Positions 48,461 to 61,600 of a DNA stretch of 64,000 bases are shown piece after piece (positions within the stretch are counted from its first letter, which is position 1; each line of letters starts with the position of its first letter). The position numbers and the translations under genes are program-made. Under the pieces are notes generated by a model, which searched no databases, had not been told where the DNA came from, and saw nothing but the letters and a program-made list of their open reading frames with translations. The DNA comes from Takakia lepidozioides (taxonomy: Eukaryota; Plantae; Bryophyta), in the NCBI GenBank assembly GCA_030704615.1, contig CM060732.1:18042001-18106000 (forward strand), given 5' to 3'.

Positions 48461-50954
48461 AAAATTTGCTCACCTGGTTCCACCCTCTGACTAGCTGGCT
48501 TCACATCAACCCTAGATGATATGTCATCCCAAGGGACAAGATTGCGTTCCACTAATCTGCCTCTGGCAACGAGGTTCCAGAAATGGAACCACCCGTTCCA
48601 ACGCTCCCGCCCCCAATGGCACGACTGATTCCATGCCACTTGTGCATCCTAGGGAGTTCTGCTTCAAAATGCCCTAAAAAATACAAAGGAAAATCTAGAG
48701 CAGGTTTTTACGGTGATATATTTTGCCCAAAGTGCCCGTGAAGATGCTCGAACTGCCCGCCCGAAAGTCTGAGGCAAGTCTTGTCAGTGTGGAGCCTTCC
48801 GAAATTCAAAGCAGCTGCAAACATGGCAAGTTACAAATGGGACTAATTTGATTTCTACACAGTCAACACACTCACGGTTAGCAGACATTGCAAGACTCCC
48901 CGGCCTATTGACAGAATTGCATTTGTTTCTTGAACTGCAATCTGCTACTGGCTTCTGTCACTGCTGTATGAACTGTCAAACGTTGCAGACATGGCAGCGT
49001 GAAGGAAGTGTGTGAAGGAGGTGCTCAAGCTTTAGGGTTTGGTCGATATGAATTTTGGTTGATCTATCCTTTTCAAAGGCTGGACCATAATGCCTCTCAT
49101 TTTACAATAATAGGGTAATGAATGCAAGCGTGCGAGAAGGACGGTGGGCCCATCGTCCGGACGAGGGGCACCCCCCACCGCCCGCCGCTGCCCGCGGTCG
49201 CCCACTCCCGCCGCGGGCTGCCCCGCCCGGGGTCCGTCCACCGGCCGCTCCGCTGCGGCAGGTCCGCTCCCGCTAGTCCGCCTGTCCGCTTAGTCCGCCC
49301 GCCCGCAAGATCTGGGGCCAGTCTAGGACGAATCCCATCGCAACCCTCCAATTTAGGGCATATCTCGCCATTGCCATCACGATGTTGGTCTTTGTTGTAC
49401 GAAAATGCGGTGCGTGCCCGCGATAGGCGTTGCCTGGCACAGTGTTCGTGTCTTTGTGTTTTTTTGTCATGATGTGGAAGGGCAGGAGAGGAGTCGGAGC
49501 CTACAGCCACCATTGTGCATATGCTTCCACTATTTTCGTCATTTTTTTGTTGCTGGCGGGGGCCGTTTTTGCGATTTCATTGCACATGTAATGCGTTTTG
49601 CCCACTTGGTTTGGCCTCTGTCGGTCATCGCAAAATGGCCAAGTGTTTGTTAGGGTTTATTCCATGGGCGGACTGTTTACAAGCCTGCCTAAGACGACCT
49701 TAGTTTACATTTGGGATTGGGTCGTTCAATTTTAATTTATTCATGGTGAGGTAGCCACATCCGTCCGTCAGATCACATCCTCAGTCTGGCACGGTTAACC
49801 CCTATGGCGCAAGATGATAGCGGAAATATCGTCGGAGCATATGCACCATGCGGGCGTGTAAAAAACATTGCAGATTCCATATCCAGCAATGACATTTTAT
49901 CCATGTGTCTGGGCAGAGTTCTAGTCTCAGTCTGTTCAATTGTGTTGATGGGCTGTGTAGCCTGAGAATCCTGAAATATCTCACATCTGCAGTATGGGTC
50001 TCATTATAAAAAAGTCGGGTTCGACAACCAATAGTGGTCGGCTTGGATACCCATATATATGTTGCTATCTTAGTCTTGCTTCGTTGGTCTGGTTAATCGG
50101 AGCTCGTCGGGGGTTGTCCTCACATTGGCCTAGAATATGTTCGCAAGTCTGTTGCGATTTTACTTTGTCCTGACAACGGTTTTTTGGCATTTGTGTACGC
50201 TGGTCTGTTGTGAGAAACTGTGAAACCATGGTGCCGCGTTGAAAATTTGGCTGTACATCCTTCCGTCTGCCAGTCTGTTGTCCTGCCAGTCTTTTCAGCT
50301 AGTCTGTTGACTCTGTCGCACCATCAGTCTAGTCTGCCTGCAGCTTGTTACAGAGGGCGACGGAACAATGACCATGTTGACCTGCCAGTCTGTCGACCTG
50401 CCAGTTTCTCTATTTTGTATAGTCTGTTTCGTCGTCAGCCTGTTGCAGTCGGGTGGACCTGCTTAGTGGATTACGTGTTGGTTTGGGGTACTTGGTCTGC
50501 TTAGATCGGTCTGCTGATTCTAGTCTGCTGGACTCTGTCTGCTATTCACTCGGTCTGTTGTGCACTCGGTAGACCTACTAAATGCAATGGCGGCGTCAAT
50601 CATGGCGCGCCACATCGTGTCGTGGATGTACTGCATTTCCGCTCCCGGGTCAGCTTGAATTTCAACTTTGTCTTCCCGCCGGTGCTGTGGTCTGCTTTTG
50701 TGTCAACGTCTGTCTTCCTTGCGCAGACTTCTTTCCGCGCGCAGATTTGGAGAGTCATCTTAGACCCCAACAGTGGCCAAGACTGTTGCGTTCCTCGTCT
50801 TATGCTGTGTACTTGTCGTTTTGGTTCTCGCTTCTCTTTTTGTCCTCGTATGTAGTGTTCGTTCTTGCCGGTTCTCGCACTTTCTGTTTTCCTCCATTCT
50901 TTGCACTTCTTCCTTTTTGTTGGGCCCTCTGCCTTTCTCTGTTGTGTTGTATAG

Positions 50955-53695
50955 GCGATAGAGGAAGCCTGCGCGAAGGGCGGACCCAACTGGATCAAGT
51001 TTGTGCATGTCACGCGTTTGAAGAAGCTGCGAAGATATTGATACTCCCCAAAGGAGTACGATCGCAAAATAGTGGAAGCATGTATTGATCTCCGTGTAGC
51101 CAAGGAGGAGAACCCAGAATGGAAGAATGATAGGCTCAGGTGTCCTTTCTGTGAGGAAGCCATAAAGGACAAAATCCAGTTGAACCGCCATTGTGTGGAC
51201 ATAGGTTGCAAGGGCACCATTCCACCGAATTTCAAGTCGTGGCCCATACCGGTATCGAACAAAGCTAAAGATGAGGCTGTTTTCAGTAGCCACGGCGCAA
51301 ACCCAATTCCGCGAAGTACAGAGGAATTGCGCCAACGGTACTAGCGGGCTGCTGGAAGGATGCAACTATGCAGTTTGGAGGAAGTGCCTGTGCCTCTCCG
51401 CAAGCGAAAACTCAGTGATGGGGCAAAAGAAAAAGCGGGAGCGAAAGCGGCAAGGTCTACTCGCGATGCAAACATGTCAGTCCTGCAGGGGGGTCCGTCC
51501 GAAGCGCGTCAGGCAAGCTCTGCTCGGGATGCAAGCATTGCGGGCCTACATGGGAGTCCGCCCAATGTGCGCCAGACCAGAAAGTCCCGACAGACTATAC
51601 CCATCAGTTCCTCCAGTGAGTCTGAGTCTGCCGATGTTCTGCCCTGCCGGTCTGCCGAGCGTACCGACAACGTCATCCGAAATAATGACTTCAAAGGGCA
51701 AGGTCCACTGTCCAGTGCAGTGGATATTGCCTTATCTGAGAGGACAAACTTGGACATGCTCATAGACAGCCTTGACGACAATACCTCTCTTGCCCACACT
51801 GCCCAGGAGACCCAGCAGCCTGCTCTGCGGTTTAGGCAGACCAAAGATATGGGACCTGAAAAGACCCCACAGAAGTCTGCTGGTCCAGCCTGCCCGGGAA
51901 CGTTGCACCTACTTCCGTTTGGCGTTCTCCCACCGGTCTGCCCACCCCAAGACGATCCGCAGTTCTTCCCCTTTTTCTTCATATATGTGCAGACAGGACG
52001 GATAACATCAAGTATTCGGGAAGCCAAATAAATGTTGAATGCCATGCATGATGGCGATGCGGGCTACATACTTGACGAGGTAATGCTATCAAACCATTCC
52101 TGTAATTTTTTGAGACTATTGTCGATCAGTCTGCTGAACTTCAGCAGACTATGCACGTCCATAGTTCGGTCTCTTAGTTAGTCTGCCCCAGTCTCTGGAG
52201 TCTGCTAAAGGCAGTGGTTTGCTCATTGCCATGGTCTGCTGAGTGTTGTGGTCTACTGAGAGATCTTAGAGCTCCGGAATGCCCAATGGATCATGTGTGT
52301 TTTGTTGCACAACAGCCAGCTCCCGTATAAATCGACTTGTGGTGAAGCCGACAGACCTATTTCCTGTGTTGTCGCGTAGTCTGCTCATCTGTGGAAGACT
52401 TGAGCAGACTGCATACGTCCATAATTAGGTCTTCTGAAATGTTTTTTGTCTGTTGAAGTCCAGATTGTCTGCTAAAGTATGAGTGTCTGCTAAATATCAT
52501 GGTCTGCTGAATGTGATGGTCTGTTGATTGTCTACTGAGTGTTATTAAATTCAGTCAGTTGAATGGATCCGGTCTGTTCGATGAAGCTCATTTGTCTTTT
52601 GCTGCACAGCACACTGCTCAGTCTATTCGCAAAGCCATATCAACTTGGCGGACGCCGCGTCAGGAACCTCCTTTGCAAGTGCGTGAGGTGCGGCTTGAAG
52701 TGCAGCGGGTTCACGAATACATTTTGATGAAATACCCCGGATCAGCAGCCGCCATAGACAAACTTGACACGGAGTCGGCAGGTCGTCTCCAGCAGAGCAC
52801 TGACTTCATCACTCCTTAAGAGACCATAGCAGACAATGACAGACCTCAGGAGACCCCAATAGACCTCATCACACCAAACCACAGTGAAGCACACGCCAGT
52901 AATCATGAGCAGAACTCCTTGCACTTGAGCAGACCGAAGCACGCCTCAACATACCTGATACCTGAGACTGGGCCAATTGGAGAGGGTGAAGACTATGCCC
53001 ATTTCCCCTCCACTGTGGGCATTTTTGGGGTGTGGAGATCGCCGTTACCGGTGGTGCCAAAGAACGCAGATGATCCTACACTTCACCCTGGACACTGTAG
53101 AATACACTCCCCATGAGATTGTCCAGCAGGGTATAGGGGACACTACCGAGGAGACTTGCCACGAAGGGACTAACCAGGATAAAGGGCAGGAGACTGTCCA
53201 GCAGACTGCACGGGGAGTTCTCCAGCAGACTAGGCAGGAGATTGTCGTGGGTGCAGATGGCATTGTTCTGGAGTCTGCCGACGACATTGCCCCGGAGATT
53301 GCAGATGACTCCTCCCACGCCCAACAGAGTACCCGCAAGACTGCCCATGAGTCTGCTCCTGCGTCTGAGAATCCCTTCCAGCAGACTCCACAATACTCTA
53401 CCCAAGAGACTACACACAAGTCTGCTCAGACGAGTTCACAATACTCTGGTCAGCAGACACCACAAGACTCCGCCGAGGTGACTGCCCAGCAGAGTGAGTC
53501 TGCTCGGAAGACTGCAGCAGACTCTGCCCACCAGATTGCACATGAGTCTGCTCAGGTGACTGTAGCAGCAAACCATGCCCACCAGACTGCGCATGAGTTT
53601 GCCCAGGTGACAGCAGCAGCAGACCCGTCCCACCAGACTGCGCATGAGTCTGCCCAGGTGACTGCAACAGCAGGCCTTGCCCACCAGACTGCGCA
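50955..53695 (+). pseudogene. Degenerate unknown spliced gene with a Zn-finger-like motif and low-complexity repeats, cut by an LTR insertion
   Basis: Successive plus-strand ORFs (51072-51344 with CPFC-x12-HC-x4-C, 51360-52031, 52559-52819, 52977-53695) are separated by stops and intron-like tracts. Confidence 0.4.
53520..53695 (+). repeat. 45-bp tandem repeat encoding AHQTAHESAQVTAAA
   Basis: About 4 copies of CCCACCAGA(C/T)TGC(G/A)CATG. Confidence 0.85.
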
Positions 53696-54800
53696 TGTCG
53701 CGGCCCTTTGCATTGAGGGCAGGGGGTCGGGACACATGAGGGGGCTGCCCCTGTGGTGGGGGCAGCGGCAGCGATAGGTATGGGGGGCTGAGGCACCCTT
53801 GAGTGCCCAAGGCACTCAGGGAAGCGGAGGCGCTCACTAGGTGGAGCCCCGCACACCGGGTTGCGGTGGGGGTGGCTCCACAAGGGGTGGTGGTAGCTTA
53901 GTGGGACTTAGTGGGGGTGGCATAGGACTCACCATGGGGGCGGAGACCTCGTGGTGGGAGTCGTGGGGAGTCTTGGGACTCATCACGGTCCATAGGGGCC
54001 GTGGTGAGCGGGCCAAGACTCACCGCGACTCACCACCGGGGAATCGAGGGTCTTCGTGGTGGTTTGCCATAAAATGGCATGGCTGATTGTGAAACCCCCG
54101 CGGACAGCTACAGAAGTATATATAGGGAGTAGTAACCCCGAGAACGGTGCAAGCCCGTTGGTGACCAAAAACTAGTGAGTAAGCGAGCGAGCCGGAAAGC
54201 GACCAAAGAGTGGGGAGCTGTTCCGGACTGCCATCCAAAGGGAATTCTCCTAGTCCCAATTAGGTGGAGGGTTTTAGAGGGAAGCGAAAGGGGACCGTTA
54301 TGTCCCGGTGAGCAGCCGAAGCTCCAAGTTGGCCCGGCGGCCAGGTTGGGAGTCAGGCGCACGCATCAAAGCGAGTAACTATGACTTGAAGGGGAGTTTA
54401 CCGAAGTGAGGTGCGCGACATTTGGTATCAGAGCTTAGAGTTCAGTACGCGATCGTCCTTGGGATTGGCCTCATCATGGGGTCGGGCAAGCCGAAGCGAA
54501 AGCGGAATGGCCCAAAAGATGATGATCCCGGTGAGCCCGATCGGGGCGGCGTGTCACCGAGGCGGCCGTTTGAGGAAGCGATGCATGTTTCCGAAAACGA
54601 GGCCACCCAAGAACGGGAGGAATCTAAGGAGTCGGAGCCCGAGGAATCCTTGAGAGCTCCGACAAACCAAGAGATGCCTCCCATGCGGCAGCCTTTTGGG
54701 AAGGGTTGTTGGCGCAGTTTGGCGGGACGTTGAAAGACGTGTTGAAGGCGGCTAATGCCACTTCCGCTAAGGCAAAGTTTAAGGTGAAGCCTAAGGAACC
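53696..54800 (+). mobile_element. Chromovirus copy: complete 5' LTR (53696-54420), iMet PBS (54423-54434) and gag start, interrupted by another LTR element
   Basis: TGTCGCGG...CGCGACA ends; gag ATG at 54476; family similarity stops at AAGGAACC (54800). Confidence 0.93.
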
Positions 54801-55794
54801 TGTTAGAGGACTGTAGGGGACTTAGACACTTATACGGGATCTGTAGGGTACCCTTAATTTTTGCACAGACTGAGACCAACAGGAGCCTTAGGGGTGACAG
54901 CAGCGCACTGTAGAGGGGGGTTACACAGTCGTCACAGCCGACACAGCCCACACAGCCGACACAGCCCGTCACAGTCACAGCCACACAGCCAACACAGCCC
55001 GTCACAGTCGTCACAGCAGACACAGCCCACACAGCCCGTCACAGTCGTCACAGACACAGCCCACATAGCCAGTCACAGCCCGGCACAGCCACACTCAGCC
55101 AGTCACAGCCCACCACAGCCACACAGCCAACACAGCCAGTCACCGCTTGACACAGCTGTCACGATAATAGGGAACGAAGAGTAGGACAGGGAACGACTGT
55201 GGGGAACAACACCTGTGAAGGGAACATGTTAGTTCACAGACGACGGTTAGAGAGGGAAACGGTTAGAACCGCGGATAGGAGGATAAAGGGAGAAACGGGG
55301 AATGAAGGGGGATCATCATTATTCGGAGGAGGACTTCGGAGTCAGGCTGGAGCGGAGATCGGAGGCAAGAGATGGAGAGCACGATGAAGGAGAAAAGAGG
55401 ATTAGTAGATGCTTGTTATATGCAAAGCTGTAGTGATATTGGAGAGCAGATTAGAGACATAATGGCTTCGCCTGATACCTGATAAATCATAATCTGATAC
55501 ATATACGATACAATCACATTGTGTAGAGAGATCTGAGAGAAGCTGTGGATTGAATGGATGAGTGAAGGAAACCGATAGATTGATGAAGCAAACTGATACT
55601 TAATTATCAATGCCAAAGGTAGCTAAGATGAATGCGGAAAGGGAAACGCATAGGAAACACCCCCATGATACACTAGCTGTAGGTCATGACTGATTGTTCT
55701 GCGCGGGCTGAGTACTTAGAGATTTCCAACTCTTCTATCTTGGAGTTTCCGCCTCGGATAGCGAAGGGATGGGGTGAGTAAAAGCCGCGCGACA
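54801..55794 (+). repeat. Probable 5' LTR with a CACAGC-type minisatellite (~54920-55160)
   Basis: Begins TG at the insertion point and ends CA 2 nt before the PBS-like motif. The partner LTR is not in the window. Confidence 0.7.
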
Positions 55795-56403
55795 TTTGGC
55801 GACCATACTGGGGACCTGGGACATGAACAACCAGATGTGACAGGCATCTGGTGGGATCATGGTGGTTGGACCATTAAAGAATTTGAAGTGAATCAAATTC
55901 CCTGTGGAACGAAGGAAGAAAGATTGTCCAAACAATTCTTTCAAGGTTCTTGGAATTGCCAGACGGATGTAAAGAAAATATTCTTAAACGAGTGCATGAT
56001 GCTGATCCAAAATGGGGTCTGGAGAAAGGAGTGATAAAGATTTATCAGGTAGCCTGTAGAGGAAGAGCACGTTGGTTACCAACATTAGTTTATGTGATAG
56101 CGTTGCTATCCATTAAACGAGTAGAGTTTGAAGGCTGGGAAGAAAGAAAGGTGAATGTTTATACTCATATGCATGAAGAGCTTGTACTGGTAAAGAATTG
56201 GATTCCAAAGGATATTTTGTGGATCAAACTCACACCAAGAACAGCTTTTCAGACTTGTTTGCCATATGGTTATATGGTAACGGAGACTTCAAGTATAGCC
56301 AAGGGTGCATTGAAGCTTGAAAGAAACCCAGGCATATACGAGAGATATTACAGAAGAGAGTTTTGGTTATTGCCACATTAAAAGAAAATGAAAGACATGG
56401 GAC

Positions 56404-58590
56404 ATGAGTGATGAAAGAGAAGCTAGACGACAGAGATATTCATCAAAAAGAGAAAGCTATCTGAAAGCTAATTATCCATATCTTTGGGAGAGAGGAATAG
56501 ACATAGGGGAATCATCTGGACCTCTCACACCATCAAGATCAAAAAGTGCTTCACCTATACCGGAAGAACTAGAGTTGGATGCCACTCCTTCTGTTTCTTT
56601 GCAAGAAAATTAAGGGAATTGGTACAGGAAGAAGATCAATCACGAGGTGAAAGATCTGAGGTACATCCTTGGATAAAAGACTTGATAGAAATCTTTGATA
56701 AGAGTTGGCATGGAACACCAAAAGCAGGAACTCTAGTTTCTGAAGCAGAAGATGAAGAAGGAGAAGAGGATGTGGCAGAGCCAACGGAGAGTTCAGACTC
56801 TCCAACACCATTACAGTTGAGTTACATGAGTGTATATTGGAAAGGGTGGTTTTGCCCGTGTTGGTTGTAACGCCATCTGTGGCCCTACCTTCTGCCCACT
56901 GACAGGTGCTGGCACCCTTGCTGGTGCTGGTCCTTCTGGACCTGTTGTTTTTGTGGTGGATCTTCCACCAAGTGGTGGCCCTTGAGCACTCCTCTTGCTT
57001 CTGGTCCCACGATATTCACAGTATTCCCAGCTTCAGTTGCACTACTTCCCACACTCCCTGTCCCCCCAGAGCCAGATCCAGGCAGTCCGCCTGATCCCCC
57101 TGAGCCGACACCTTTGTTGGCCTGTGATCCAAGTGCTCCACTTGATCCAGGTCCAACGGGTTGGGATGTCCTGGTTGTAGTCTCAACCTCAGCTGTTGGG
57201 TCTACTTCTTCATATTCTTCCTCTTCTAATTTCTTCTCTCTGTTTTCATCCTCCAAGTTCTGCCCTTGGGTTTGGGGATCCCGATGTACACATTAGCCAA
57301 TTTGAGCACATGTGTATAGTGAACAATGAGAATGGCGATGATGCCAAGATGAGACTGTTTCCTTGTTCACTTATCAAGAAAAGCAAGTGAATGGTATGCA
57401 AGATTCCCTGATAATCATTTCCTAACCTGGAATGGCTTGAATACAGCATTTCGAAATAGGTTCATGACAAGTAAAACTGAGGATGAAGTGTATGGAAGTT
57501 TACAACAGCTGAAGCAGAAGAAGCATGAAACTGTTGAAGAGTATATGGAGAAGATGGAATTGATGATGAAAAAGCTGGCTGCAGTACCAGCGCCCGGTTT
57601 ACAGAAGACTTGGTTTGTGAGTGGATTAAGACCAGAGTTGCAAAAGAAAGTGGATATGTTACCCCATAATACAGTGGAGGAGGCATTTGAAACTGCGAAC
57701 AGAATTGAGCAATTGGGAATGCTCAGGAGAGAGAAAAAAGAAGATGAGGACTCTGAGGATGAGTCAGATGAAGAAGAAGAGCAAGAACTAAAAAGAAAAG
57801 AGTAAGAGAAAGGAGAAGTTGAAAGGGATAACTATGAAAAAAATTGGAAGAAATCTTGAAGAAGTATGCCACAGAGGCTGCAACACATTGGAGGAGGGGT
57901 GTATGGTGTGCAAAGTTGCCAGAATGAAGGCCATACCACCACAGAATGCCACATGAAGGAGAAACACTGTACTATCTGTAAAATGGATAACCATTCTACT
58001 GAGAATTGTTACTACAACAGGAAGGGACAGCTGCAAGAGAACCTAGGCAAGTAGAGGGTGCATCAGGTGCAGCCCCAGCCAAGAAGAAATAATGATCAGG
58101 ACCACTATGGTAGGTCTGGTGGTTTAACAATGGCATGGAAGGGAGAGGTAATTCAAGAGGGAATTACCAAGGAAATTCCAGAGGCAACTATCAGGGTAAT
58201 CCAAGGGGGAATTACCAGCCCGGGAATCAGGATTATAGAAATAATCCAAGAACAGACCAAGGGCGAGGACCCAATGGTGAAGAGCTATGTTACTATTGTA
58301 ATCAGCCAGGACATCGCAAGGCAGCCTGTTCATTCTGGATAAGACACCAGAATGAGATGAGAGCTCCTGTGAATGAGGGCCCAGTGGTGGCAGCTCACAT
58401 GGTTAGGCCATGTGTTGTACCAGAAGTAAGTACAATGATAGTAACAAGAAGTAAAGCCAAACTAATACCTCCAGTAGAAGAGGAAGAAGATGAGAATGGA
58501 AGTGGCAATGATATGCCTGAAGATGAAGAGACTTGGAAAGATGAGAAGGAACTGCACAAGGAAGTGGCAGATACTATAAGGGAAATGTAA
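56404..58590 (+). pseudogene. gag, frameshifted, with an internal inversion and three CCHC knuckles
   Basis: GDPDVHISQFE...RLFPCSL; LQQLKQKKHETVEEY; WFVSGL; knuckles ..CQNEGHTTTEC, CTICKMDNHSTENC and CYYCNQPGHRKAAC. Confidence 0.8.
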
Positions 58591-58630
58591 AAGAGTACTG
58601 ATATTCCTGTGGCAGATTCCTCTGATTCGG

Positions 58631-61600
58631 ATGGAGAAAAAGAAGGAAGTGAGGAAGAAAGGAAAAAAAAAAGATGCAGACATGCAAAGTAATGAAGAGA
58701 CTTTGGCTGCGGTAATATGTCAGACCAAAGCAGAAATTACCATTGGACAGCTATTAGCTGTGGCACCTTATTGTAGGCACAGGCTGTATCAGGCAATCAA
58801 TCGAATTGCCCAAGAGACAGGAAACACAGACCTGAACAGCAAGGTGACCAGTTATAATGTGAAGCCGGAAGGGCGAGAACCAGTCATGGACTTTGATGAT
58901 TCTATGCCAGTAATCCAATTGAGAATTGGAAGCACAGAACTAACTGATGTACTGATAGATGGTGGTTCTGGAGTAAATATCATGACAGACCAATTAAGGA
59001 AGAAGCTTGGTCTAAGTAACATGAAACCAGCCCCATTTACAGTAACAATGGCAGATCAAAGAAGTGTACAGCCATTGGGATTAATAAGAGGAGTTAAGAT
59101 ACAGATACAGAAAATGATCTTTATGATCACAGTAACTGTATTAAAAATGGATGAAGTCATGGAGGCTTACTCCTTATTATTGGGACGTCCGTGGCTGAAA
59201 CAGGCCAGGGTATTCCATGACTGGAATTCTCAGTTACTAACTGTGCATAATGGGATGCACGAGATACAAATTACCACAAAGAAATCTAGTAGATTACCTG
59301 CTACAAGAAGACCTCGAGGAGTCAGAGAGTATGACTGGAGAGGAGGACTGGATGAGGAGCAGGAAGCTACCCTATTTGCTGCACACCCAGAATGGGAGCA
59401 GGTTGCGGAGATGCGGCTGGAAAGCCTAAGTTGTTTAAGAGGTATCTGCTGTGGTGTAGTGTCGGCAACACCAATTGAAGAGGAAACCAGCAGTTACCCA
59501 CCACATTTCTATGAAGAAAAGGAGGGAGAGATAGAAATCCTAGAAGAACCAGCCACTGTGAGCTTAAAGGATGAAGTGGTGACTGGTTGGACAATCACAG
59601 CTGATGAGCAGGTGAGAGAAGTAAATGTGGGAACTCAGGAGGAACCGAGAATGGTGAAAGTAGGAGCTGATTTGGAGCCGGAATTCTTCGAAGAAGCTAA
59701 AAGCTTGTTCATCAAATACAGAGATGTATTTGCTTGGAGCTATGAGGATCTAAAAGGGATACCACCTGAAGTCTGTCAGCATAAGATTGAACTGGAACCA
59801 GGGTCAGTACCAATCAAGCAGGCGAGGTATAGAATGAATCCCAACTACGCACAAAAGGTTGGAGAAGAGATAAAGAAGTTGGCTGAGGCTAAGTTTATAT
59901 ACCCAATAGAGTATACAACTTGGTTGTCACCCATTGTTATAGTTCCAAAGAAGAATGGCAAGCTAAGAGTATGTGTGAACTATAAGAAGCTGAATGCTTG
60001 TACGAAGAAAGATCCTTTCCCTTTGCCATTCACAGAAGCAGTATTAGACACTGTGGCAGGCCATGAGATGTACTCATTCATGGATGGCTTCAGTGGTTAT
60101 AATCAAGTGCAAGTGGCAGAAGAAGACCAAGGGAAAACAGCTTTCATCACAGACTGGGGGCTTATGCATACAAAGTCATGCCCTTTGGACTTTGTAATGC
60201 ACCAGCGACCTTTCAGAGAGTGATAAGTGAATCTTTTCATGAGTATCTGGATGATTTCATGCAGGTGTTTTTTGGATGATTTCAGTGTGTACAGCTCTAA
60301 GAATGAGCACTTGCATAAATTGGAGTTATGCCTGGCCAGATGCAGGATGAGAGGTCTGGGCTTGAATCCAGAGAAGTGTACTTTCTGTGTGAACTCAGGG
60401 GTGCTTCTGGGACACATTGTGTGTAAGAAGGGACTTCTTGTGGATCCCAGGAAGACAGAGTCCATTAAAGTCTCTCCACCACCAGTGAATGTTAAGAGTT
60501 TAAGGAGATTCCTTGGGCAAACCAGTTATTACAGAAGATTTGTCAAAAGGTATGCACAAATAGCAGCACCATTGAGCAAGCTTCTGAAGAAAGATGCAGT
60601 GTTTGCTTGGACAGCTGAATGTCAACAGGCGTTTGAGGAACTTACACTGTCAGTAACAACTACACCTGTGCTGATTAACCCTCACTGGCATGTAGTATTT
60701 CATGTTCACTGCGATGCATCAGGAGAAGCGTTGGGTGCGGTGTTAGCCCAGAATGTTACAGGGAATATAGATTCACCTGTGTACTATGCTAGCCGATTGA
60801 TGAACAGTGCTGAGAGGAACTATAGTACAACGGAAAGAGAAGCATTGGCAATGATTTATGCAGTCAAGAAATTCAGGCATTACCTATTGGGAAGAAAGTT
60901 TATGTTTTATGTGGATCACCAGGCTCTGATATATCTGGTAAACAAACCTTTGATAAGTGGAAGGATAGCGAGGTGGTTAATAATCTTGCATGAGTTTGAG
61001 TTTGAGGTTATTTACAAGCCTGGCCGTTTGCATCTTGTGGCAGATCATTTGTCACGACTAACAACAAGAGAGGCCGCCACAGGAGTGGACGATCAGTTAC
61101 CTGATGCGAGTTTATTTGTAATGGAGGTGCAAGGAAGTGCAGATGAATGGTTAGATTGGCATGGCCAATCAGATACTACCTTGCTCATGGTCAGTGCCCA
61201 CCTAGTTATGGTAAGGAGCAGAGGAAGAGAATTGCTATCAAAGCTTTACCTTATACTATGGTAGGAAGCAGAATGTATAAGTTAGGACCTGATGGAGTAC
61301 TAAAACGATGCTTGTACCACCATGAAGTAAATAAAGTCTTGGAGGAAGTTCATAAAGGAGTGGCTGGAGGTCATTTTGGAGAAGAGACTACCAGTAGAAA
61401 GATACTACTCGCAGGATACTGGTGGCCTACTTTGTTCAAAGATGTACATGAGTATTGTCAGAAGTGTGATGAATGTCAGAGGCTAGGACCTTTGCAGAGA
61501 TCTGGAAGAATGGCCTTGCATCCTACAATGCCTACGGAACCATTTCAGAAATGGGGACTAGACTTTGTTGGACCAATTAATCCACCATCCAAGAATACAC

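Noticed and set aside
49100-49330. GC-rich ORFs on both strands
   Set aside because: Low-complexity GC-rich tract with no domain; more likely promoter-like or TE sequence.
56885-57256. Minus-strand Gly/Ser-rich ORF as an antisense gene
   Set aside because: Explained by inversion of part of gag.
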